Assembly: GCA_049970015.1 (NCBI GenBank) | Contig: JBMFNT010000005.1 | Span: forward strand, 18,585 to 37,968 | Source: Candidatus Micrarchaeia archaeon | Lineage (GTDB): Archaea; Micrarchaeota; Micrarchaeia; CAILAH01 | DNA: 19,384 nucleotides | Reading direction: 5' to 3' | Position numbers and translations under genes: made by a program | Notes under the pieces: generated by a model | Told to the model about the DNA's origin: nothing | Databases searched by the model: none | Seen by the model: only the letters and a program-made list of their open reading frames with translations | Part shown: positions 7,710 to 15,819 of the stretch, piece after piece | Position numbering within the stretch: position 1 is the stretch's first letter | How the letters are laid out: each line of letters starts with the position of its first letter

Positions 7710-7722
7710 CTCAACTTCTTGT

Positions 7723-8691
7723 ATGGATTTGATACGTATTTGTAAGGATGCTGTTGAAAAAGCAAACAAGCTTGAGTGGTGCACATTTGGCACATCGGTT
7801 CACATAGGAAAGAAATTTATTGCAGAAGAGGAAAACAATTACAAAAAGGGGATATTCGGATGCACAAGCATGAGAACAAGTATAAATCATGAGCTGAAGC
7901 GCACAATAGAAAAAATATCTGGAAAAAAAGCAGTGTGCGATGGGGATATTACGTTTGAGTATGATTATGACAAGGATGAAATCACTTTAAGAATTAACCC
8001 CCTTTTCTTGCTTTGCAAGTATAGAAAGCTTGCCCGCGGAATATCACAGACCAGATGGGAGAAGTATGAACATTCAGTAGAAGGGTACATTGTTGATGTT
8101 GTAAGGGAGATGTTCATGTGCGAGGATGCAATCCTGCACGGGGCAGGTAGGGAGGATGTTGATGTAAGAATGCTGGGGGATGGAAGGATTTGTGTTGTTG
8201 AAGTTGTTAAACCCATAAAAAGAAAGGTTGATTATAAAATGCTCGAGCAGAGAGTAAAAGAGTTGTCAAAAGGCACTGTGGAAATTAAAGTGCTGGGAGG
8301 TGTTGGTAGAGAGTATGTATGGATCATCAAGGAGGCAAGGTTTGACAAGGAGTATGTTGCCAAGGTTATTTTTGGGAGAGATATTAATCAAGAGGATTGT
8401 AGTAAAATTGAAGGTATAACTGAAATCGTACAGAAAACACCAAAAAGAGTCATGCACAGACGCACAGACAAGGCAAGAATGAAACGCATAATAAGAATTG
8501 TTTGTGAGGGATGGAATGGAAGGCAGGCTACTTTCAGAATAACTTGCGAGGCCGGCACATACATAAAAGAGCTCATAACGGGTGATGATGGAAGGACAAG
8601 ACCGAGCTTTTCTGAGATGGTTGGGTGTGAGGCAGTTTGTTCTGAGTTGGATGTTGTCTGTGTAAAAGAGTATGTTTCAAACTGGTGGTAG
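7723..8691 (+). CDS. pus10: tRNA pseudouridine(54/55) synthase Pus10
   Basis: Motifs YRKLARGISQTRW, catalytic HGAGREDVDVRMLG, QKTPKRVMHRR and CEAGTYIKELITGDDGRTRPS. ATG 7723 is preferred over TTG 7702, which overlaps the GGDEF gene. Confidence 0.93.
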   Translation: MDLIRICKDAVEKANKLEWCTFGTSVHIGKKFIAEEENNYKKGIFGCTSMRTSINHELKRTIEKISGKKAVCDGDITFEYDYDKDEITLRINPLFLLCKYRKLARGISQTRWEKYEHSVEGYIVDVVREMFMCEDAILHGAGREDVDVRMLGDGRICVVEVVKPIKRKVDYKMLEQRVKELSKGTVEIKVLGGVGREYVWIIKEARFDKEYVAKVIFGRDINQEDCSKIEGITEIVQKTPKRVMHRRTDKARMKRIIRIVCEGWNGRQATFRITCEAGTYIKELITGDDGRTRPSFSEMVGCEAVCSELDVVCVKEYVSNWW

Positions 8692-8735
8692 TAGTTATAA
8701 AAGTATGCTGGCATATATTTGTTTGGTGATATGCT

Positions 8736-9509
8736 GTGATTGAAGGATTCCTTACTGCACTCGTGTTCCTTGCAGTTGCATCATACTATGACATATTCAA
8801 CAGGCGGGTTATACCGGACTGGGTTTCATACAGTTTTATTGTGGTTGCGCTCATATTTTCCATAATCTACTACGGAACTGATTTTGCAAGAATAGGCATT
8901 GCACTGCTAGTATTTGTGGTCGGATACCTCATATACAGGATGGGATATCTGGGTGGTGCAGATGTGTTCTTCCTGTCAGGAATTATGCTGACACTTCCTT
9001 TGAGCATAAGTGGCATGCCCACAATCCTTATTGTGCTCCTTGCATCAACAATAATTATGGCGATATATTTAGAGGTATCGTTCCTCTCAAAAAACAGGGT
9101 GATCAAACCGCGCATTGAAGATATTGCAACCAGTGTAATATGGATTATCGGTTATGCCATTGTCAGTTATATGTTATACTCATTGGATATGCCACTGCTT
9201 GCGCTTGTTGCTGTTGTTGTTGGCATATGCTCTGCACTGTTTGCGCTGATAAAAAGAGACTTGACAAAAAGCCTTATAACTTGGGTAAAACCGGATGAGA
9301 TTATAGAAGAGGATATACTTGCAACTGATGAGATGGATAAGAAGATTGTGGAAAGATACAATTTGGAAAGACTGCTTACCAAGGAGATGATTGCAAGGAT
9401 AAAGAGAGCGAGGATTAGGATAGTGCCAATATACGGGAAACTGCCACCTTACATCCCCTTCCTAATGCTCGGTGTTATCGTTGCGCTTGCAATCTATTAT
9501 TACATTTGA
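8736..9509 (+). CDS. A24 family prepilin/prearchaellin peptidase (PibD/FlaK-like)
   Basis: Multi-pass membrane protein with the two GxGD-type catalytic Asp motifs (SYYDIFNRRVIPD and LGGADV) and a C-terminal PYIPFL. SD GGTGAT at 8725-8730 precedes the GTG start. Confidence 0.85.
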   Translation: MIEGFLTALVFLAVASYYDIFNRRVIPDWVSYSFIVVALIFSIIYYGTDFARIGIALLVFVVGYLIYRMGYLGGADVFFLSGIMLTLPLSISGMPTILIVLLASTIIMAIYLEVSFLSKNRVIKPRIEDIATSVIWIIGYAIVSYMLYSLDMPLLALVAVVVGICSALFALIKRDLTKSLITWVKPDEIIEEDILATDEMDKKIVERYNLERLLTKEMIARIKRARIRIVPIYGKLPPYIPFLMLGVIVALAIYYYI

Positions 9510-9521
9510 GAACGTTGGCAA

Positions 9522-9539
9522 GTACATTACCTGATGTAC
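9522..9539. terminator. Small hairpin between convergent genes (possible terminator)
   Basis: GTACAT-TACCTG-ATGTAC begins 12 nt after the peptidase stop. Confidence 0.25.
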
Positions 9540-9599
9540 CACAAAACAATCAACACCTACTCAATTAATGGGCCATAGTACCTTTTTCCAAACAATTGT

Positions 9600-9668
9600 G
9601 GATTCAGCATGGACCCTCTTTCCGGAGCATCAAATCATCTTAAACAGGATTGGCAACATCACTCTTCC
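9600..9668 (-). ncRNA. Candidate box C/D sRNA
   Basis: On the minus strand: C box GTGATGT (9662-9656), 17-nt spacer, D' ATGA, C' TTGATGC, 19-nt spacer, D box CTGA (9607-9604). The C-to-D span is 59 nt, with short GGA/TCC terminal pairing. Confidence 0.45.
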
Positions 9669-9679
9669 TGCTGAGTATA

Positions 9680-10807
9680 TTATGGGAGAAATTTCCTTTT
9701 CTCTATCTTTTCCTTAACATAGTCACCTACAAAAGTAAGCTTCTGGCCCTGTAATGCATCCTGCTCGAGCTTTTTCCTTGTCTTCAGCACTATGTCAAGC
9801 TCCTCAACCCACTCCTTGTGCCGGGCAATCCATGGGTATGATTTCATCTCCTCTGCCCTTTTAATGTCAACCTCCTTTGCCTTTATCGTGAGCTTGTTTA
9901 GGAAATCATACTCTTTGAGATCTGACATCGTAACCCCTATGAACTTTGCCTCAGGTGTTGCCAAATCTTTTGTGAGATATGCTAAGTTCATTGAGCCCGT
10001 CTTTATTGTCCAGTATATGTACCATCCCCACGCATCACAATCTGTGAAAACGTAAACTGGAAATTTCATATCAGCAAGCTTGCGTATGAATCGTCGGGTG
10101 CCCCTGCTTGATTGCCCTTTCGGTGTTATGAGTATACAATTATTTTTCTTCCAGAATTTATCCTCGTTTAGCCTTTGCCAGAGTGCATCCTTCTCAACCA
10201 CGAGAACCCAGCTCGCATTGATTTCCATAAACTCCATACCGTTGTCAACATCACTGGGAACCATCCATCCCGAACGCCCCTGCTTGCTCAGGTCTATTAT
10301 GTTCTCCTCACCACCAAACCTATCACGGATCACCATATCCCCGGCAACCACTCCCTTCCTATCCGTGCTAAGGTTGAAATCCTCGCGTTTGAGCCCGAGA
10401 GATGCTTCCAAATCCTCTATGAGGGGATTGGACTCTGACTGCTCACTGAACAGCTCCTCATCCAAATCCTCCCCCAAGCTAAACTTCAGCTGGTAGAAAA
10501 GACCCCTAATACTTGTGTGAAGACCCTCTTCAAGAAACTTCTTGAGTTTTGAGGCGATAGCAATTGTCTGCATAAATTTCTTTGCCTGTGAAACATGGAC
10601 AAATGTGCGCTTCTCCATCTTGTCTCCAAGAAATAATGCACCAACCTCATCATTAAAGTACACGTTTGATTTGCTCCTAACCGGAGTGTAGAACGATGGA
10701 GACCGGTCTGAATTAATTTCATTTATAACCTCCTTCCCAAGGTTGACAAGCCTCTCATGTGCAACCTTACTGTTGTCTGTAGTGCCCTCATCATTTTTCA
10801 TTGCCAT
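9680..10807 (-). CDS. top6A: DNA topoisomerase VI subunit A (Spo11 homologue)
   Basis: Catalytic Tyr in SIRGLFYQLK, TOPRIM motifs VVEKDA and FTDCDAWG, and KKLEQDAL. AGGTGA SD lies before ATG 10807 (the ORF track start is 10816). Confidence 0.95.
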   Translation of the reverse strand: MAMKNDEGTTDNSKVAHERLVNLGKEVINEINSDRSPSFYTPVRSKSNVYFNDEVGALFLGDKMEKRTFVHVSQAKKFMQTIAIASKLKKFLEEGLHTSIRGLFYQLKFSLGEDLDEELFSEQSESNPLIEDLEASLGLKREDFNLSTDRKGVVAGDMVIRDRFGGEENIIDLSKQGRSGWMVPSDVDNGMEFMEINASWVLVVEKDALWQRLNEDKFWKKNNCILITPKGQSSRGTRRFIRKLADMKFPVYVFTDCDAWGWYIYWTIKTGSMNLAYLTKDLATPEAKFIGVTMSDLKEYDFLNKLTIKAKEVDIKRAEEMKSYPWIARHKEWVEELDIVLKTRKKLEQDALQGQKLTFVGDYVKEKIEKRKFLP

Positions 10808-10828
10808 AAACGTCACCTAACATAATAC

Positions 10829-12490
10829 CTACATATCCTCCTCATCAAACTCTATCCCCTCCTCTCCTCCCTGTTCGCCACCCTCTTCTTCAATCATAAG
10901 CTCTCTCACTTTCTTTTCACCCTTCTCCTCTTCAGCCTCTTCTATCACAAACTTCTCAAACACCAGCTTGACGAGCTTCTGCTCAAGGTCCGCGGCATCC
11001 CCTGTGTTTGCAAGCTCTGGAAGGTTGACTGCAAGCTGGTGTATGTATCTCATTATTGCCTTCCTCTTTGTCTCTTTGTGCGCCTCCCGTGTCTTACCCG
11101 CAAGGTACTTCTGCAGGTCACGCGCAACATCCATTATTGCAAACTTAATTTCATCCAAAACCTCATCTTCCGGGGATATCGACTGTTTTCCTGCTCCAGT
11201 GTACGGGACGAATGCAGACACAAAATTGACAAACAGTGTTATTGGTGCATTCTCAAAGTCCTGTATTTCATACCGCTTCCAGTCAATACTTTTGACTGCC
11301 TTTGTTATTGCACATCCTCCGGCATCAAAAAGAAGAGGTGATCTATTGGCAAACCTCATAACCTCTGATGATATGCCACCTCCTTCATTACGCCTGCCCG
11401 CATTACCTCCATAAGCTATTCCAACCTCAACTATAAAAGGTACACCTCCCTTGTAAACTTTTGGTGGCCTGGAGCGTACTGATAAGTATTCTGGACTTAA
11501 CAGGCTCCTGAGTGCAACCTCAATCTGCTCCTTTGTTATGGGTCTTAGCCCTTCAGATGAAGGGGCAACCCATTTCACGCGCTTGAAAGCACTTACAAGC
11601 CTTCTTACATCCTCCCACACAACATCCTTTGGCGATGCATCAAAGTCAAATCCTGGGAGTATTGCCTTGAGCTCATCAACCTTTGATGGTGTGAACCGTG
11701 CAAGCTCTGATGTGAGAAATGAGCTTATCTTGCGCGCCTGGGATGAGCGCATCATGTTATACAATGTGTGCGCTTCGAGCCCCAATGGGTGAGGCTGTAC
11801 TTCGTGCGGTCTGTCAGGCTTCACATCAGAAACCCTTGGAAATCTTATCTTTTTTCCATCAGGATCAACGAATACAATCTCAGCGTGCGGGTTTGCAATT
11901 GCAGTGCGTTTTATGTACTCCAATGGTCCGTAATCTCTCTTATCATACTTGACATCAGCAAACTCTGCAGTTACTTCAACTCCCCTGAAATCACCATCAT
12001 ATTCCGTAACGTCCATAATTTGCGGTTGGTTAGTTTTAATGTTTATAGAAAGGTTACACTCAAACACCTTGCCATTGCCAGTTGATGTTTTTACATGGAC
12101 TGGCTTGCCACTTGTTAGCTGTGCAAACATTGTACAACCTGCAGCACCTATCCCCTGTTGTCCTCTCTGCTGCATATACCTGTGGAATTTAGTGCCTGCA
12201 AGCATCATGCCCAGTGCATTACCAATATACTCAAAGGGTATGCCTGGACCATTATCAGTAACCCTTACAAGGATGTGGTCATCAGGAAGCTGGTTTATCC
12301 TGATAGTTATTTCAGGCAATATGCCAGCTTCCTCACATGCATCGAGAGAGTTCGTTACGTACTCGTGTACTATCGTTGTGAGTGAACGAACAGGCCCAGA
12401 CAACCCTAACATCTGCTTGTTTTTAGTGAAAAATTCCGCAACTGAATGTATCTTGAATTCCTCAAATATTTCTTCTGCATTCTTATCCAT
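10829..12490 (-). CDS. top6B: DNA topoisomerase VI subunit B
   Basis: SVAEFFTKNKQMLG, GHKL motifs HEYVTNSLDACEEAG, DNGPGI and RGQQGIG, and RFANRSPLLFD. It has a highly acidic C-terminal tail. The start is ATG 12490 or 12508. Confidence 0.96.
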   Translation of the reverse strand: MDKNAEEIFEEFKIHSVAEFFTKNKQMLGLSGPVRSLTTIVHEYVTNSLDACEEAGILPEITIRINQLPDDHILVRVTDNGPGIPFEYIGNALGMMLAGTKFHRYMQQRGQQGIGAAGCTMFAQLTSGKPVHVKTSTGNGKVFECNLSINIKTNQPQIMDVTEYDGDFRGVEVTAEFADVKYDKRDYGPLEYIKRTAIANPHAEIVFVDPDGKKIRFPRVSDVKPDRPHEVQPHPLGLEAHTLYNMMRSSQARKISSFLTSELARFTPSKVDELKAILPGFDFDASPKDVVWEDVRRLVSAFKRVKWVAPSSEGLRPITKEQIEVALRSLLSPEYLSVRSRPPKVYKGGVPFIVEVGIAYGGNAGRRNEGGGISSEVMRFANRSPLLFDAGGCAITKAVKSIDWKRYEIQDFENAPITLFVNFVSAFVPYTGAGKQSISPEDEVLDEIKFAIMDVARDLQKYLAGKTREAHKETKRKAIMRYIHQLAVNLPELANTGDAADLEQKLVKLVFEKFVIEEAEEEKGEKKVRELMIEEEGGEQGGEEGIEFDEEDM

Positions 12491-12492
12491 AA

Positions 12493-13023
12493 TCACCACT
12501 CTTTCCATAACCGCATCTTGCTTTCCTTTATGGTGCGCCTGCCCTTCTCAAGAAGTGCACAAACCTTCTTATGAGTAGCCCCTCTTACAAGTGCATATAT
12601 GGCATTCATAGAAAGCTCCACACCTTCTATTGCACCTACTATGTATATTTTATTATCCCTTATTATTATATCTGTTTCGGTGATTTGCTCCATGAACCTC
12701 TTCATCCTACCATTCGTACCGATTATTCTACCCATCACCCGCCCAACATCTTCTTTTGATGAAAGAAGTTCCCCCAAATCAACTGTTTTTAGCATAAATT
12801 CGTTAGAAAAAAGCTTATATGCAATCTCTGGCTCCATACCGTTTCCAATCCCTTTGACCACATCAACAGACTTCAGCTCAATATAGGGATCTTCAGATTC
12901 ACATTCAACAACCAGATCCTTTCTGTTTAGCCGGACAACTACCCCATTCTCCTTAAGCTCTTCCTGCACTTTCTTTGTGAACCGCTTTATTCCCTTTGAA
13001 TCAACTGCAATTATCTGCATCAT
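12493..13023 (-). CDS. KH-domain rRNA processing protein (Dim2/Pno1/Krr1 family)
   Basis: C-terminal KH motif RVMGRIIGTNGRMKRFME, plus DVVKGIGNGMEPE and LVRGATHKKV. It sits upstream of top6B, a known archaeal arrangement. TATA-like TTTTATAA at 13051-13044 supports a start at 13023/13020. Confidence 0.85.
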   Translation of the reverse strand: MMQIIAVDSKGIKRFTKKVQEELKENGVVVRLNRKDLVVECESEDPYIELKSVDVVKGIGNGMEPEIAYKLFSNEFMLKTVDLGELLSSKEDVGRVMGRIIGTNGRMKRFMEQITETDIIIRDNKIYIVGAIEGVELSMNAIYALVRGATHKKVCALLEKGRRTIKESKMRLWKEW

Positions 13024-13296
13024 ATGTTTCAAAAAACTAAACCTTATAAAACACTTGCCCTTCATCTGTGTTAATAAGGCAAAACAAGGGACAACAGCCT
13101 CTTTTTAGCGATATAAAGAAAAAATATGGGACCATATGCAAAAATAACAATTATAGGCTATTGTTTGTCAAAAATAATGATTTTTACCCATATTTTGCTT
13201 TTTGGGGCTGTAAGGAAAAACTGCCGAATATATTTAAATCACCTGAAAATAAGCAAATATAAATCTAACCTACTAATCTGTATGAGAGGTGGAGAA

Positions 13297-15819
13297 GTGT
13301 CCATTGTAGTGTCAGAGTATGAACTCGAAGAAAGCAAGGATCATTTTGCGGATATGTTTGAGAACAAGGGAAAGCTCGCACGCATACTCCCAGCAGAGCT
13401 GTTAGAGAGGTACAAGAAGACATACTATAAACTGCGTGAGATGAGAAGGGAGGGGAAGCTGCCAGTGCACCAAGACTACCTTAATGGAAGTGAGCTTGCC
13501 ACCAATATATACAAGAAGAAATATTATCTGAAAAACATTGATGGAAGGCATATTGAATTTAAACCTGAGGATGTGTTCCTGCGTATTGCCTCTTTTGTTT
13601 CTTCTGTTGAAAAAAATGAGAAGGATGCTGAAAAATGGGCTGTAGCATTCTATATAGACTTATTCAACAGCCTGTACATTCCTGGGGGAAGGGTGCTTGC
13701 AGGTGCAGGCGATCTCTACCGGCTTAAAACGCTTGCAAACTGCTTTGCCACTATCATAAGAGAGGATTCCATAGAGGCTATATACGGTGCGGCTTATGAG
13801 GCCGCAAGAACTTACAGCTATGGAGGGGGAATTGGGATAGATATTTCCTGCCTAAGGCCAAAGGATGCAGTAGTACACAATGCCGCAGATAACTCAACGG
13901 GTGCGGTCAGTTTTATGGACCTATACTCGCTCACCACTGGACTTATAGGCCAAAGCGGAAGACGTGGCGCACTTATGCTGACAATTGATGTAAAGCATCC
14001 TGATATAATTGATTTCATAGGGGTAAAGAGCAACCCAAACTGGATAACACAGCAGATAGTTGAACAGGCGCGATGGAGCGGTATGTTTGATGAAAAGCAG
14101 CTTGACAAGATATCCAAGATTGTTGCAGACAATGTTCAGATTAGGTTTGCAAACATAAGTATAAAGGTCAGTGATGAATTCATGCAGGCATTGACTGAGC
14201 AGAGCAAGTATGGAAGCAACGCATATGTTGTTTACAGGAAGAAAGCTAAGGGTAAGGTAATGGATGTATACCAAGACTGTAAGAGCGTCCATTACTCTTA
14301 CGGCATTCCATCAAAAAACCTCAAAGATTATGAACTTGTTGGTACTTTCGAATCACTGGATAAGCTCAATGATTACCTTGTTGGGAACTACTCAAAGAAT
14401 GTTATTGATGAAGAGATCAACGACCCTGTAAAGCGCGATGTATACGGAGATTATGTAATAGAGTTGGATGCAGATTATGACCTAGCAGTAAGGAAAAGCG
14501 GTGACTTTCTTCTTTATTTTGGCTCCGAAGAAACAGGTAGCATAAAGAGGCTTGTCAAAGCACGCGATGTATGGAACAGGTTTGTCGAGAGTAATTATAA
14601 GACTGCTGAGCCTGGGCTCATATTCTGGAGTACTATGGCGCAATACAGCCCATCAAATTACATTGGAAGGCCTATAGGATCAACAAACCCCTGTGCTGAG
14701 GTACCGCTTGAGGATGGTGGCGCGTGCAACCTTGCCAGCCTGAACTTGTCAATGTTCGTACTAAACGGATACACTGAAGATGCAACTGTGGATTGGGAAA
14801 AACTACGGGTTGCTGTGCATAATGTTGTAAGGTTCCTTGACAATGTTGTAAGCTGGAATGAGTTGCTCAACCCACTAGAGAAACAAAGGAGAGCAGCTGC
14901 GGAAACGAGGAGGGTTGGGCTTGGGGTTATAGGTATTGCAGATGCGCTGAACCAGATGGGTGTGGCGTACGATTCAGATAAGGGATTGGAAATAGTGGAA
15001 AGCATCATGCGGTTTATAGCAAACTGTGCATATGTTGCATCTGCAGACCTTGCAAAAGAAAAGGGGAAGGCAAGAAGCTTTGAATATGAGAAATATTCAA
15101 AAAATCCATTCTTCAAGACCGCACTTGATGAAAGCACACGAGAGGCTGTAAAGAAGAATGGACTAAGAAATATTGCACTACTGTCAATAGCACCTACAGG
15201 CACAATATCAAACATTGCTGTCGGATTCTGCCTTAACGGGAAAAATTATATAGGGGTAAGTAGTGGTATTGAGCCTGTGTTTGCACTATATTATACTAGA
15301 AGGAGTGAGAGCTTCAACAACCAAGTGTTCAAGGTTTTTCACCCTACAGTGCAGGCATACATTGATTTTGTTGGCCTTGACAGAAAGGTTAAAGATGCAA
15401 GCAATGAGGATGAGTTGAGGAAAATATTGCCAGAATACTTCTTCAGGACAGCACATGTAGTAGATTACCATAAGCGCATCAGGATACAGGCAGTATGTCA
15501 GAAATATGTTGACCATAGCATATCATCAACTGTTAACCTGCCGGAGGATATACACCCAGAAATCATATCAAACATATATGTAGAGGCATGGAAAAGCGGG
15601 CTGAAAGGGATTACAATATATAGAGATGGTAGCAGGTACCCAATCCTATCCATTGAGGGTAAGAAGAGTGCGTTCCAGTCAATGAGTGAGAAGAAGTATA
15701 AGGTTAGGGTTGGAAGCAGGGACATTATTGCAAAGGGGAGTGATGTGATTGTCATGCCTGACAACAGGCTTACTACTGTTTATCATCTTATAAAAGGTGA
15801 AGATGAGGTGAGAATGTGA
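13297..15819 (+). CDS. nrdJ: Adenosylcobalamin-dependent (class II) ribonucleotide reductase, catalytic chain
   Basis: Motifs PGGRVLAGAG, LANCF, GQSGRRGALM, STNPCAEVPL, ACNLASLNL, IAPTGTIS, VDHSISSTVNLP and GLKGITIYRDGSR. The GTG 13297 start is chosen because GAGGTG lies 5 nt upstream, the same geometry as the next gene. ATG 13282 is an alternative. Confidence 0.93.
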   Translation: MSIVVSEYELEESKDHFADMFENKGKLARILPAELLERYKKTYYKLREMRREGKLPVHQDYLNGSELATNIYKKKYYLKNIDGRHIEFKPEDVFLRIASFVSSVEKNEKDAEKWAVAFYIDLFNSLYIPGGRVLAGAGDLYRLKTLANCFATIIREDSIEAIYGAAYEAARTYSYGGGIGIDISCLRPKDAVVHNAADNSTGAVSFMDLYSLTTGLIGQSGRRGALMLTIDVKHPDIIDFIGVKSNPNWITQQIVEQARWSGMFDEKQLDKISKIVADNVQIRFANISIKVSDEFMQALTEQSKYGSNAYVVYRKKAKGKVMDVYQDCKSVHYSYGIPSKNLKDYELVGTFESLDKLNDYLVGNYSKNVIDEEINDPVKRDVYGDYVIELDADYDLAVRKSGDFLLYFGSEETGSIKRLVKARDVWNRFVESNYKTAEPGLIFWSTMAQYSPSNYIGRPIGSTNPCAEVPLEDGGACNLASLNLSMFVLNGYTEDATVDWEKLRVAVHNVVRFLDNVVSWNELLNPLEKQRRAAAETRRVGLGVIGIADALNQMGVAYDSDKGLEIVESIMRFIANCAYVASADLAKEKGKARSFEYEKYSKNPFFKTALDESTREAVKKNGLRNIALLSIAPTGTISNIAVGFCLNGKNYIGVSSGIEPVFALYYTRRSESFNNQVFKVFHPTVQAYIDFVGLDRKVKDASNEDELRKILPEYFFRTAHVVDYHKRIRIQAVCQKYVDHSISSTVNLPEDIHPEIISNIYVEAWKSGLKGITIYRDGSRYPILSIEGKKSAFQSMSEKKYKVRVGSRDIIAKGSDVIVMPDNRLTTVYHLIKGEDEVRM

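Noticed and set aside
6382..9680. Integrative element bounded by a duplicated tRNA 3' end
   Set aside because: No second copy of the tRNA 3' sequence and no integrase were seen in the window, and the downstream genes are core archaeal genes.
13066..13296. Cobalamin riboswitch or bacterial NrdR box upstream of nrdJ, and the long nrdJ start at 13126
   Set aside because: No B12-box or other conserved riboswitch motifs and no clear NrdR consensus are visible. The extension from 13126 is AT-rich, contains the TATA-like element and precedes the SD at 13286-13291.
14194..14500. Intein in nrdJ
   Set aside because: There is no Cys/Ser start paired with a His-Asn/Cys-Ser-Thr end, and no endonuclease motifs.
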